From contig JANJGN010000047.1 in NCBI GenBank assembly GCA_026770705.1, positions 4,588,001-4,652,000 of the forward strand: 64,000 bases of DNA. The letters are read 5' to 3'. Of this stretch, positions 1-13,080 are shown piece after piece (position 1 is the first letter of the stretch; the number at the start of each line of letters is the position of its first letter). Both the position numbers and the translations under genes were made by a program. The notes under the pieces are model-generated. The model worked only from the letters and a program-made list of their open reading frames with translations. It was not told the DNA's origin and did no database searches. Source of the DNA: Isurus oxyrinchus. Taxonomy: Eukaryota.

Positions 1-3000
1 CGCTGTTTGGTTTGGTGTTCTGCTGATCAGACAGGAACACCAGTCGTTGTGGTTATACCTGCACGAGCATCTTAGTAGCTGCTCGCTTCTAATATTGACT
101 TAATGCTACTGGGCATTGAACATGTCCAAGCCAATGAATCGGCACAGCACATCTGGGTAACATCACCAATTCAGGAGAAAAAAAAATATCTGAATGTTGC
201 CGGCAAATAATCCTAACCACTATCATAAATAGTTCGTCAGAGAACAAAATGTCGGTAACCTGTCGAGAGAATCTGATGTATGAAACACATTGCGTTTGCC
301 TTGGTGGGTTTAACAAACTATTGCATTTTCTGAGGATGTGGAAATCTACAGCCATAACGTGGGAAGTTTCCAACTCCACCACCCCCCTCAGCAAACCCCT
401 CACACCAGCCTCCACTCTGCAATGCCCTCGAACTACTGACCGTTTAGGATTCTGTTGAAAAATAAAAACATTTCAGTAAAGGCCGACTCCACAGAGCAGT
501 CCTTGGGCACCCCTTTACAAAAGGTATTTGGATCTGGACTAAAAGAGCATGTCTATTTTGTTTGGATGCGGGATATTTTAATGATTAATGGGTCAGCATA
601 TATGTATTCTGTCAGTTTTAATTCTAATACATGGCTTAGATATGATGACAAGTGACAACAACTGGGGGATGTCTGAGATGTTAGGTCAGTTTCAGAGCAC
701 TAGGTTAGCTTTATCTGCATTGTATTCATATATTAGTGAGGGGTGAGTTGATGGGCCCTGGTCACTTTGTTAACTGTCGAATGCTTAATCAGTTCCTGCG
801 TGCTCAGAAAATTGAAGATTTGGATATTGAGCTGAATTTTGTGGTGTTATGAGGTATAATTAATATATTATCTGCTGGCTATTGTACATTCGTGTATGCG
901 TTGCGTCATTTTTTGTTGGCTCAGCAAGGATTCATTGTTATTATGTGTTATTTGCATATCTAGGTTGGTGTAACTTATCTGTTTTGCACCTATCAATATA
1001 CCATCAAATTGTATTACACAGAATACCCCCAAGCAAGATTAAATTTGTTAATTTTTGTTTTGCTTGATCAGTGTTTCTACATAATGCTGAAGGATTTAAT
1101 GTTTCACTTCTGATGACGGCTCTAATTCCGAAATATGAGACAGTTCCCCAATAACACACACCTTCGGAGTAGTAATGTATAGCAGCTTCCAATAAAAATC
1201 AACGACCAATCATTATCACTCCGAGTCTTCTGTACCCCTGGCGGGTTATATATCAGGTGAAAAAAACAAAAAAAAAACTGCGGATGCTGGAAATCCAAAA
1301 CAAAAACAGAATTACCTGGAAAAACTCAGCAGGTCTGGCAGCATCGGCGAACAAGAAAAAAGTTGATGTTTCGAGTCCTCATGACCCTTCAACAGAACTT
1401 GAGTTCAAGTCCAAGAAAGAGTTGAAATATAAGCTGCTTTAAGGTGTGTGTGTGTGTGTGTGTGTGAGGGGGTGGGGGGGGGGGGGCGGTGGGGGGAGAG
1501 AGAGAGAGAGAGAGAAGTGGAGGGGGTTGGTGTCGGTGTAGGGACAAACAAGCAGTGATAGAAGCAGATCATCAAAAGATGTGACATCTTTTGATGATCT
1601 GCTTCTATCACTGCTTGTTTGTCCCTACAACCACACCAACTCTCTCCACTTCTCTCTCTCTCTCTCTCTCTCCACCCCCCACACGCACACACACACACAT
1701 ACCTTAAACCAGCTTATATTTCAACTCTTTCTTGGACTCGAACTCAAGTTCTGTCGAAGGGTCATGAGGACTCGACAAGTCAACTCTTTTCTTCTCCGCC
1801 GATGCTGCCAGACCTGCTGAGTTTTTCCAGGTAATTCTGTTTTTGTTTTATATATCAGGTGATATTGCTACTTTGAAAACTATGTGGCGTTTAGAGAGAA
1901 CCAATTTATCAATGTTGTTTCATATTCAATGTCGCCAATTGCTACTCATTTACTCCCACTTTAGCAAACATCTGTTCCTCAATAGAGACACAACCAAAGT
2001 ATTAGTTTAGTACAACAAGGATTCCCTCTGCCGACAATGGACTGTCTGTTTGGTAGTCGGAACCACACTTCAAAGGCCATTAAGTGAATGTAACTAACGT
2101 CCAAACCATTTTCTCCTTACTCCTCAGTAGTACCGAGCGCATTGAAGGCGGGCGATGACTTTGCCTGATGTGCATACCGTTTTCTAATCGGTCCACAATT
2201 GTCCCCGGCTTTCCTTCGAAGGCTGTGCGACGACCTTGCCTTTGTTCACATAGTTTTAGCTTGTTTTTTTTTAATTGGCGGTTGATGATTCAAAATGCTA
2301 ATGCAGGGCATTCGTACGCCCGTCTCATTGCTGTGAGTCAGCCTGTATAAAATGAGTAAGATTTAATGAGAGAGTCTATTCAGTTACTGTGTTCATATCA
2401 AACCTATGGATTGATTTATTATATTACTGATACATAGATCTGATTGCTATTTGAGAACTCAATGTAACCGGATATTTTATAGGGTCTTTTTCTTTCAGCT
2501 GAATGAGTCATATAATGGACCTTAAATTTGTATTTAGTGATTATTCGCTATATTGGAATAGTTCTGTTAATTGATAGTGCATCACTCTGCAGGTTTTCTT
2601 TTATTTCATTTTTATTTTTAAATGAGTACAATGTTAAGTACATCGGCAGCGGGTCGGATTGATATTCTTGAGCCACTTTGTTGTTTTTGGGTCAGTTTGC
2701 CATTGTTCATAGGCTTATGTCACTAACAAGTTAACTGGAACAGTGTCAGTTTACGAGTGTTCTGTAACATCATTGGTACATATTGCGGGTTCACAATACG
2801 TGAGTTGGGCCAGTGCAGCTTGATTTTAATAGACTTGCTTATTTTTTTATTTCAACGGATAAGAATGTGTCTTAATGGATTATTTTGTGCTGGAAGAACG
2901 ACATTTACACCTTTTCGATTGCTCGAAATTAACGTTGTTTTATCGGGTTGAAGAGGGTTGGTTTGTGGGGAATTGTCCCTAGTGGCGGAGTGAGGCAGTT

Positions 3001-3530
3001 AATTCTCAGCGGGTTAGTTCAATGGCAGTCGGGTAGCTAATGTCTCTGTGTTAGTTTGGAAGTGATCGAAAATTTTAAATCCTGTCGATTATGTTCTTAA
3101 AATGGGGTGGCGCATCAGCAGGCCGGCAATTTCCTGCTCTTCAATCAGCTTGGGACGTGGATAACCTTTTGGGTTTTTGTTTGCTTTGTAAAAACATAGC
3201 CAAAACGTTAGTATTGCGCAGGTTTGAAGGTTTTGGATCACTTTAGAGGATGATTACTTATTTGCCAGGTTTCCGGTTACTTTCTAATCACAATGTTACT
3301 TTATACGCCATATTGCCAGCATATGGCCGAGTGTTACTGTATAGTCACAATGTCAGTTAATTGAGTTTTGGCTTTTCTTTGAGTTTGGATTATAATCACA
3401 AAGTTAATCAACTTGTAGTATTTTGTGTGTGTGTTCAGTCATTGACAGCAACACATTATCCATAAAATGGCAAATTGACGCACTCAATATGGCATACTTG
3501 TCTGGCATAGGACCTCTATCGTGCAGAATC
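1..3530 (-). other. Decayed endogenous viral element, L/RdRp-like gene of a negative-strand RNA virus (copy 1; runs off the left edge)
   Basis: Minus-strand translation has many stops and frameshifts. It gives a motif-A-like DY-/-KQTVHCRQ (2031-2058), then YHLIYNPPGVQK..W (motif-B-like, ~1205-1260), AAIHYYSEGVCYWGTVSYFG (motif C position), ILAEPT, and VQCPVALSQY. It aligns end-to-end with 61,060-63,880. Confidence 0.55.
1261..1847. mobile_element. Young Penelope-terminus-derived palindromic (foldback) insertion with 15-bp TSD
   Basis: Arms 1297-1582 and 1584-1849 are reverse complements around a 1-nt centre (1583). The arms match the 3' end of the Penelope element at ~22,620-22,890. Direct repeat TTATATATCAGGTGA at 1246-1260 and 1848-1862. 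The paralogous site (~62,300) is empty. Confidence 0.9.
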
Positions 3531-3540
3531 TGAGCACCAA

Positions 3541-6500
3541 CAGTCAGGCATTTCTTCTACACCCCATCTGGACCATAACCACATCAAATGGTACAATCAA
3601 GTGGTAGTTTCCAGGCCTGCCACCGAACTCAAATGCATGGAATGCCTTCCCACAACAGCCTCCAAACTCATGGTACCCCCACTCTGTACCACCGACCTTT
3701 CCCTACTTCATATAATCCTCTCAAAAAGGACTGTCCTATGATAACCATTTACTCCACCTTTGCCTACCTCGGTGAAAGTATTTCTTCATATTTGTCTAGA
3801 TTTTTCTTCACATGATGCAGAAGTCTCCTCAACAGCTTCGTGATAACTCCGTCGCCCTCAAACTCATCATTAATTTCCAGTTCCTAATTGCCACACTTCA
3901 CAATGTACATCCTATCCCTCCAGTCCTGCATCTGCCACACTGGCACTTTGATGCTCTCAATTTCTTCAATGACCAGAGGCTCGAACAGTCCACGTCCACC
4001 CACGTCCATCGCAGCCGGGCTGAACTTTATCTCTCACTGAGAAAACAAACGTTAAATTGTTTTTACTTTCCTTTCATCAAATAAGAATCACAGAGTCACA
4101 CAGCTAAAACATTGCATTGAGGAACATTCGGCCCATCATTACTGCTTCAGCACTCTAGGCATTTTAATTTAGTGCAAATCTCCTGTCCATTCCCCGTAAA
4201 CCTTTTCGTTTGAGAATGTCCCTAATGGAAGGACGGTAGTGAAGGTAACGTCACACAGGATCAGAATTCAGCTGGCAAGATGGATACAGAATTGGGTTGG
4301 TCATAGAAGGCAGACTATAGCAGTTAAGGGTGCTTATATGAATGGAGAATGGTAACTAGTGGTGCTCCGAAAGAATCGGTTCTGGGACCTTTTTCTTTTT
4401 GCAGTATATGGAAATGGTTTGAAGGAAACTGTAACTGGCCTAATTAGTAAGGTTGCGATGAGACTAAGTTTGGATGAGTTGCAGATCGTGAAGAGGTTTG
4501 TCAAAGGATTCCACAGGATATAGATCTTTTGGAGACATGAGCGAAGAATTGGCAGATGGAGTTAGTCTGTGCAATTGTGAGGTCATGCATTTTGGAAGGA
4601 ATGATACAAGTAGGAATTATAGAGCAAATGGCAGAAACCTTGAGTGCATCGACGGGCAGAGGGATGTGGTTTTACTGGTCCACAGGTCACTGAAAGTGGC
4701 AACGCAGGTCCACAAGGTAGTCAGGAAGGCATATGCCATGCTTGGCTTCATTGGCAGAGGTATTGAGTATTAAGGTTGGGTAGTCATGCTGCAGATGTAT
4801 AGAACCTTGGTTAGACCACACTTGGCATATTGCGTGCAATTCTGGTCGCCACATTACCAGATGGATACGGAGGCATTGGAGAAGCTGCATTGTAGGTTTA
4901 CCAGGAAGTTGCTGGCCTGAACATAATTAACTATGAGATGAGCTTGCAGAAACTCGGATTGTTCTCACAAGAGCGATGGAAATTGAGGGGTGACTTGATA
5001 GAAGTTTATACAATTCTGATTGGCATGGACAAAGCAGATAGACAGAAGCGTTTTCCCAGGGTGGAAGATTCAATTACTAGGGCACATGGATTTAGGGTGA
5101 GAGGAGAATAATATAGAGGAAACGTGCGAGGCAAGGTTTCTTTACGCAAAGGATAGTGAATGTCTGGAATGTACTGCCAGAGGAGCTGGTGGAAGCAGGC
5201 ACGATAGTGGTGTTTAAGAGGCAGCTGGACAAATACACGAATAGGTTGGAAATAGAGAGATACGGAAACCAGAATTGCTAAATGTTTTACTTTGACAGGC
5301 AATATGATGGACGCAGGCTTGGAAGGCCGAAGTGCCTGTTCCTCTGTGGTGTTTTTCTTTGTTCTTTGTTCTTTGCGGTTTCTATTGAAATAAACATCCA
5401 ATAAATTCTTGAACGCCTCGATTGAACCTGCCAAAGCAACACTTCCATGCTGTACATTCAAAACCCTAATTTTTCACTGTTTGAAAAAGCTTTTTGCTCA
5501 CTTCAGATTTGTACTCATATAGGTGGGGTTATAGGTGGCAGCATGGACCCGAATTACATCTGACTTTTTCGGGGGTGGTCATGTTCTATGTTTCTAAATA
5601 AACTCCTAATCAGTCCCAATCCCAGAATTGATTCTTTTTTCTGGAACATTGATGACAGTTTTGCTGCCACTTTATGCTTTCTTCTGGACCATGGGGAAAA
5701 TAAAAACAATCAAATTTGCTTCCAATTGCAGACCTTTCTCACCTCCACATCTTCCAACTCCGATTCTTTCCTTCCACGACTTTTCTGTCTCAATTGCTGG
5801 TGATCGGCTGTGTACAAATATTATTTACAAACCCACCGATTTCCACAGCTACCTCGGCTGTACGTACTCACATCCTGCTTTCCAATATCCAACACTCCTG
5901 CCTCAAACATATCTCATGATGTTAGATTTCACAATAAAAATCCCAAATTGACTTCCTTCTTCCCCTGCCAAACAAGCTCCCACCTTTTGGCCCCTTGACC
6001 ATGTCCGACGCATATCCAGAATTTCTGCATTCATTATTTCCCCTCCCTTTCTGAAGCCATCTGGTTGCCTAGGCCCTCCTTCTCCATCCCAGCAGCCTGC
6101 GTCACATACACGAAATGTAGCATGAGGTCAGGAGCAAACTTATCATCCCTTCTCTAATCTGGCGTCATTCCAAAGGAACATTTCTCTCTGTAACCACTTG
6201 GACCAAACAACTAGCACCATTAAACCTTCATTGCCGTTCACCTGCATTCTCACTTGCAATAGCTGGAGGTGTAATACCTCGAAATTTACGTCCTACCTCT
6301 TTACCATTAAAGCCTCAAGAAATCCCTCCAGGTGAAGCCATGATTTACTTATACTTCGTTCAAAGTAGTCTACTATATTTGCTGCACAAAACGCTATGTC
6401 GTCTACATTGGGAAGGCCGAGATCAAAATGAGTGTACTCTTTGCGAAAATAAATGAATGTTCTATGTCAGACATGAACCTTACCTTCTTGCTGCTTGCTA

Positions 6501-7130
6501 TGTCACTTCACCAGCTTTGCTCTCATGCTCAAATTTCCATCTTCCATCTGTGGGAATCTTTCAATGTAGGACAATGGAGGCTGGAAGGACACCTTCTTTG
6601 CAGTTTGGCAGTTGAAAGCCTGTTGGACTCAGCATTGAGTTTAACATCTTCAGGCAAAGCATTTTGTTCATTTTTTTCTGATTTAATTCTAAACACGTGC
6701 AAGTCTGTAACTTGTTTCTTTGTTTTTGTTGTTGTTTTCAGTCAGAGCTAGCGCGTTTGTTTTGCCATTTTCTGCTAATTCGTTATTCTGGCTCAGGCAG
6801 TGCTCACATTTATTGTGCTATCGGCGTCTGGTCTAGAACTAATTATTAAACCTCAGCATTTCCTTGTCGTTCCCATTGTCTTGTGTTTCAGTACATTTTC
6901 CTAATGATATTTCTCGTGCCCTCTCACATGTTCCTGACCTTTCAATTTGTACTCCTGTCCCTTCTTTGCCTGCCCCTTCTTTTTTTATTAAAACAACATT
7001 AAACTGATCAGATTTCCACCTCTGTCCTATTCCTAAGCAATAAGTAATATTGGACTCCTAATTTTATCTATGTTTCCCTCTTCCCAGATACTGACCATCA
7101 GGTATCTTTTCAGGTATTTTCAGCTGTTAT
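3541..7130 (+). mobile_element. Old degenerate Penelope-like element (RT + GIY-YIG remnants), interrupted by CR1 insertions
   Basis: 3541-4085 and ~5520-6650 align with the younger copy at 20.8-22.3 kb (e.g. YKPTDFHSYL; VVYYICCTKRYVVYIGKA at ~6365-6420). Terminal remnant ~7020-7130. Confidence 0.75.
4210..5375 (+). mobile_element. CR1 LINE 3' fragment, nested inside an oppositely oriented CR1 3' end (4086-4200 + 5380-5510)
   Basis: CEVMHFGR...VHRSLKVATQVHKVVRKAYAMLGFIGRGIEY; LVRPHLAYCVQFWSP; CR1-type 3' UTR ending in TTC-rich repeats. Confidence 0.88.
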
Positions 7131-8769
7131 TAAAATCGCAATATGATATGCTCTTCAATATTTTTCCTGTTGACGTGATATAAGTTGACCATAAAACAAA
7201 ATAACGTAACTGTTTTTCATGTGTGATAACAGTGGTTTGGTCATATTTTGAAAGATGCTTTCTGAAGTTACGTTGATCGTATGATATCAGGAGTAGATAG
7301 AATTGTCGCTCTGATGTAATACTTGCTCGGCAATGGTGAAGTGATGAAAACCTGAGATGGACAAGTGAGCAGTATTTGAGGATTCGAGAGATTTTCGCCC
7401 ATATTTTTTTTATAACGGGTAGAGGCCAAAATGAAATAAGGCCACATGTAGGAAACAACTTCATTCAGAGAAAAACTTGTTAGAAGAGACAGTAGACCGA
7501 AGGAGAAGGTGGCAGTGGCGTAGATAGCTACTTTTCACTCTTTCTGATGCAGCCTTCCTCCACAAGGAGGACTCCTCCCCATTCATGAATATACGCGCCC
7601 TCCTTCGGCACCACCCACACAGTTAAACATTAACAACACACTCTCCACACAGATCTGCCACCTCTCCCACTCTTACACAGCAACAGCCACAGGCTGAGTA
7701 TCTTCACCAATAACAGACTCCGCATGCATGCAAATTCAGAGCAAGAATAGGTGATCGGACAACCTAAATCATCACTGATGTTATTGTGGACTCTACTCCA
7801 CATTTCACTTAACCTGATCGGCTTTGGCTCCCTTCTTAGTTATGTATGCATTTACATCTGCCTTAAAAATAAATTGCACAGGCGCCGACGCCTCGTTTGG
7901 TTGGGCAAGAGAGATCGAAATGCTCATCAAGATCTGAGAGAAACATTCGTCACACCTGTGTCGTCTTAAATCTGAGAATCCATGTTCTTTAACTGATCCA
8001 TCAAGTTCTAGACTCGCCCAAGAGGACAGACGTCCATTCACCATTCACCCTGTCAAGTTCTGTCAGGATCTTATATGTGTAAGTCAAATCATCTCTCTTT
8101 CTTCGAAATTGGATCCTGCCCAAGACTGTTCAAACTTTCTACGTAAGCTAACTTGCATTTCCCCATCCTCTTACAAAACAATTAACATATCAATGTTAGT
8201 TGCCTTCTTTTCAAAGTATGCAGTAATTGCAGAAAATTGGGTGTGCAAAACATAATTTAAAAGATTGCCAAATACAGAAACGCTTGAAGGGTTACTTTGT
8301 TAAGACGATTGAGGTTAGTTTATTGAGAATCATGTGTATATTTTAAAATGGCTCCGAGGCAGAGAGGGCTGTTTTGTTCCAATAAATATGTGAATCTGAC
8401 CGACTAAGATGTTGAATCATGCAGTCCTTCTGTTTTATAGGAAGAGAGATGAAGCTTAAGGGAAAAAAACAGTCATGACAAACATGTGAGCAGCAATACT
8501 TCAGATTCAGCTGTAGTGTTGTGCGCAGTGTTTAACAGAACACAATAAGAATGACATGAAGGTATTACAGAGGAAGCACAGACTTGGTTCAAAGTGGCGG
8601 AATTCAATTATCTGATTAGGTGTGTGAAATTTGAACTGTTCTCCTTGAAGAGGAGGTGATTAATTGGAGTTATGATATTGGTGTTCATAACAATGTGGAT
8701 ACTGTGCAATCTGTACAGGGAGAAAGTGTTCTCCTTCGCTAAGTTTATGGACGCTGGGATTAAAGCAAG

Positions 8770-9330
8770 GGCGAGCACTTCTGATCTCCAACACAATCCC
8801 TGAGATTCAATCTTCTCCAACGAACCAGTCAGGAGTGTGATGGTGTACTCTCCGCATTTGCCTGTGTGAGTGTAAGTCCAACAAAATTCGAGAAACTCGC
8901 CAACATACAGGACAAAGCAGGCCGCTCTTTGTTTGCCTTTTCCACGAACATTCATTACCTCCACCATCGACGCAAATTGGCAGCAGTGTGTACCATCAAT
9001 AGCAAAGACTGCAGGCTCCACAACCCTTCTTACACAGCACCTTAGAATCTCACGCCCACTACAGCCTCCAAGTGCAAGGGCAGCTGACAGATTGGAAGAC
9101 CGCCACCTCCATTTTCCCCGGCATGACACACCATAATTACATGGAAATAAACCGCCTTTTAATAACTTTCGCTGTGTGAATTCCTGGAATTCTACCTCAC
9201 CGCACTGTAGGTGTAACTACACAACATGGAATTCAGCGGCTGTGGAAGGCAGCTCAGCACAAAATTCTCAAGGACAATTAGGAATATCCAATAATTGTTG
9301 GCCTTGCCAGCGACGCTCAAAGCCTATGGC
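8770..9330 (+). mobile_element. CR1/L2-group LINE 3' fragment (second family)
   Basis: CAGGAGTGTGATGG...CAGGACAAAGCAG... sequence shared with 31.6-32.1 kb and 37.9-38.4 kb. Confidence 0.65.
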
Positions 9331-9699
9331 TGCATACATGGTTAACAGAGAGCACTGTGGACACAAAGACCCGTACTTCACAGCGTCACCTTTAACATAA
9401 ATGGAACTGTCCACTCACAGAACAACTCCACTTTCGCACATCACGCCCACGGCTGACTGAGATGTTCGAGGACCAAGTAGCAACTGAAGCATTACCCACC
9501 ACCCCCCAAACCTCCTCCCCCACATTCCGATCCATCTTGCTGAGTTTGCTCTTCTTTGATTATGATTCAGTCAGTCAAAACCATCACCATCATCAGGCTC
9601 CAGTATTCTTGGGCGAGGATCTCACAAAGCAAGATGGCCATCATTCGAATCGAATCTTTGCCCTTTTTGGATTAAGGTTGAATGAGCGTTTTACATTGT

Positions 9700-10467
9700 C
9701 CACCAACTCCTCTCTGAATTTAATGCGGGTAAGAATGTGAATACATGTGTTGGTGCAATTATTGTGACGCTGCAGCATTGCTGCTCTGATTTCTGTTATA
9801 TTAACAGTTTGTGGAAATTCAGATAATTGCTATAAACTAGGTGGAATGCCATTAACAGAATTAAATTGCCAGAAATTCTGAACATTAAAATGGTGGACAT
9901 CCTTCGGCTCAACAGATCTAGTTCCTAGCGATCCTCTTTCTTATTACAGCCCTGGAGACTTCATCGGATACTATTGGAAACCACAAGATGTCTGATCATT
10001 GGGAGATTGAGAAGCAAAATCAGAAGAACATCAAATATACGGATGATACGGGTGAAGTAACAATATATTATCAAGTTTATTTATTGGTTCCCGGATAAAG
10101 TACCACGAAATCATTACAAAGCAGCCCACCACGCTCACTGTTCCGAAATCGACAGCTTCAGTTTTCTCGGTACAATACTTTGTTCTCAGTTTTTTGCAAC
10201 AAATGGCCATGAATCGGTCAAAGTTGAAAGCGACTGTGAAACATATGGAAAGCGCTGTTGCTTCAAAGGACAAGGTGATTATGAGGTAGCGCACAGGAGT
10301 AATTTTCAGGAAGTAATCTAGGAAATAAAGCGCCCCTATCCATTGCAATATCGCTTCAGGTAGAACGACAGGGAGATCGGTCACAGCCTTTCCCAGCTGA
10401 TGCCCCGTGATACATTTAGGCAGAACGCATTTTCCTCGGGAAAGGATTGCAATCGCCGCCATGTTAA
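9700..10467 (-). pseudogene. GPR139/GPR142-like class A GPCR pseudogene (main coding exon)
   Basis: Acceptor CCAAG| at 10468-10469, then NMAAIAILSRGKCVLPKCIT...FTVAFNFDRFMAICCKKLRTKYCTEKT (DRF motif). Out-of-frame TM6/TM7 remnants RRMSTILMFRISG (~9900) and MLQRHNNCTNTCIHILTRIKFREEL (~9700-9780). The ORF stops at 10031. Confidence 0.85.
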
Positions 10468-12914
10468 CTTGGAGAGAGGGAAAGATGAAGCATAGAAGTT
10501 ATTGTTAAGATGTGGGGCCATAGCAGGAGGTGGCACAATCTGTGGTTGATGTTAGTACTTTACTGGAGCATCATCCGATTCACGCTGTTTTTTTTTTGAA
10601 CCTTTGATTGGGTTTTATTTTTAAAACCAGCAATGATTCATGAAATCTTGAAACAACTTGTATCAATTTTATCGATTCCACAGAAAGGACTGAGTGACTC
10701 TGCAGTGCAGTGCCAGCCGAGAGGCGGAAGTCAGTTTACACAGGCGGAATGCAACGTCTGAAATTGTCATTTGGTCTGCATTCGAACGGGAGGGATTCCT
10801 TGTGACAACGTTTATTACAGCTGCTTCGTTCGACTGGTACATGCGAATCAATCAATGTTTTGCCGAAACAGTCTTTAAAATAAAATAAATGAACTCACAT
10901 CGCATTGAGTTCAACGTTCTGGATACCATTGGGAGAGTAATTTGGAGGCCTAGACAATGAATTATAGTTTTCGGAAGACAGGGGAAATGTCATATCCGAG
11001 CTGGAAGGAAGACTGGAGCTGATGGATTTGGCAGTTGCATAAACTGATTAAAATCAGAGTAGAATTAGTTAAAAAGAGATATATTTCAGCAGAATAATAG
11101 TGCAAAAATGTCTTTAACAGTTCAGTTTGCACAAAAAAACATAATTACCTGTGCCCATTTGTGTTATGGAACCAGTAAGCTGGGAACTATCAAGTGTGAT
11201 CAATTCCCTCAGCACATTTTCAAGCAATAAATTTAAACATGTTCTTGACATGATGTTTTTTTCTAATGAATTGTCAGATGGTATTTAAATCACGATAGTG
11301 AAGCTGTCAATCGACATCATGGAAATGAAAACATGACGCTATTATGCCTAGTCTGCAGTAAGGAAGGAAAATGAAGCTTCAATAAAAAACTCTCTTGAAG
11401 GCTTGACAGTTTTAACTCACACCGAGCAGATCCACCATTACTCTGCACTATATGTGGCACCATCGTATGTGCAACTTAAAATCAGTTTTGTCTCAATAAT
11501 TGTTCTGAGCAAATCAGCCGTCCCACCTTATGCATGATTCACACTGATGATAGCTTTACATTATTTTGTTCTCTCTCTCTCTCCAATGCTCTCCTCTCTT
11601 TTTTCAACGTTCATTTTGGGTATTATATCCTGCTTCTCCATTCTATTAGCCAGCCAGATTTCAAACTTTAGTATTCACAATCTGTGCAGTTGTTCAGCCG
11701 CGGTGAGCAGTTTAACAATTTGAGCAACAATGCATGTCTCCAACTGTTTGTATCATGTACAATGCACAGAAGAAAAAAAAATCATGGATCTTCCAAGCAG
11801 ACTTCACAAAAATATAAATAAAATAATTGTCTTGCAATTGTAAAGTACAGTGCTGGATTTTTCCATGATTCATTTTGCCGGATGTCAATTTCATTTATGC
11901 TCCCAATAAGTTAATACTTAACTGGAAGGAACCGTAGCCGGACAAAAGCAGTGAACATCCCTGCAAAACAGTGAACATTATACAACGCCCCATCAAAGTG
12001 CTTCACTTTTCAGTGTGGCCCCATTACAGTGAAATCATCCAAAATGCATTTTGCGAGAAAATATGAAAGAGCGAGCAGAGCATTCAATCGTAAACCTGAA
12101 GCAGTGCCGAAATGAAAAGAAAAAATCTACAGTGAGAAAACAAACAAAAGAAAAACATTGGAATCAAATCTAAAACAGAAGAATGCAATTGGAGATGGAG
12201 GAATTTCAGCTGCCTGTTTTACAAATGGAAACTGTGATCAGCCTCTTTCTGAAGCACTAGAAAAACGCTTAACAAGAAACCCGAAGACATGTAGCCCCAA
12301 ATACAACATTGTTCACACCTCCCGGTGGCCTCATTCGTTCTGTTAGTCCAGAAACACGTTCCCCATGCAATAATACAAAAATTAATGAATTAACATTTCA
12401 AAGCATTTTCAATTATAAATACAGTGAAAGCCCTGCTTGCACACGAACAAGGAGAGATCACATCCACAGTTGGGCAAATCCAGCTTGGCTATTCGCAATT
12501 TGGTGCACAGTGGGCAGTTGGTGCGTAGGGTGCGAGCTGTTCTTTGCATTTTTTCGAACTTTTTAAACTTTCAGAGCGAGAGCTTTGCCCTGCTGCATCA
12601 GGAGAGACTATTATGAAAATAAATCACTGGGAAGTAGTGGGTAAGGGATTTACTATTTTAATCTCTTATAGTTTAAGCTTTCTTTGTTGATTTAGTTTGT
12701 ATATTCTGTACTAACGAAAGAAGGGCCTAACAGTAATTGACATAAAATTACAGTGCATTATTTCGGTGGGGTTTAATCAACATTATGTCCTGTGGCATCA
12801 GCGTCTCTGGCAGGTTGAGCCCTGCTGTTCACAGCATGTCATCATGAACTGATTTCCTCCTTAGCCTGCCACCCTACTTCAAACCTCCCGCTCTTCCTCC
12901 CTACACAAAATAAA

Positions 12915-12919
12915 ACACA

Positions 12920-12966
<47 letters not shown>

Positions 12967-13080
12967 GTGCACACACACACAGACGCAAACACGCACACTC
13001 ACACACATGCTCACGCACACAGACGCAAACACACACACACACTCACACACACAGACACAAACACACACACACACAAACAA
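12915..13080. repeat. (CA)n microsatellite
   Basis: Directly visible CA run with interruptions. Confidence 0.95.

Noticed and set aside
11100-11230. First coding exon of the GPR139-like gene (donor near 11,149)
   Set aside because: Donor present, but the translation does not convincingly match the expected TM1 start.
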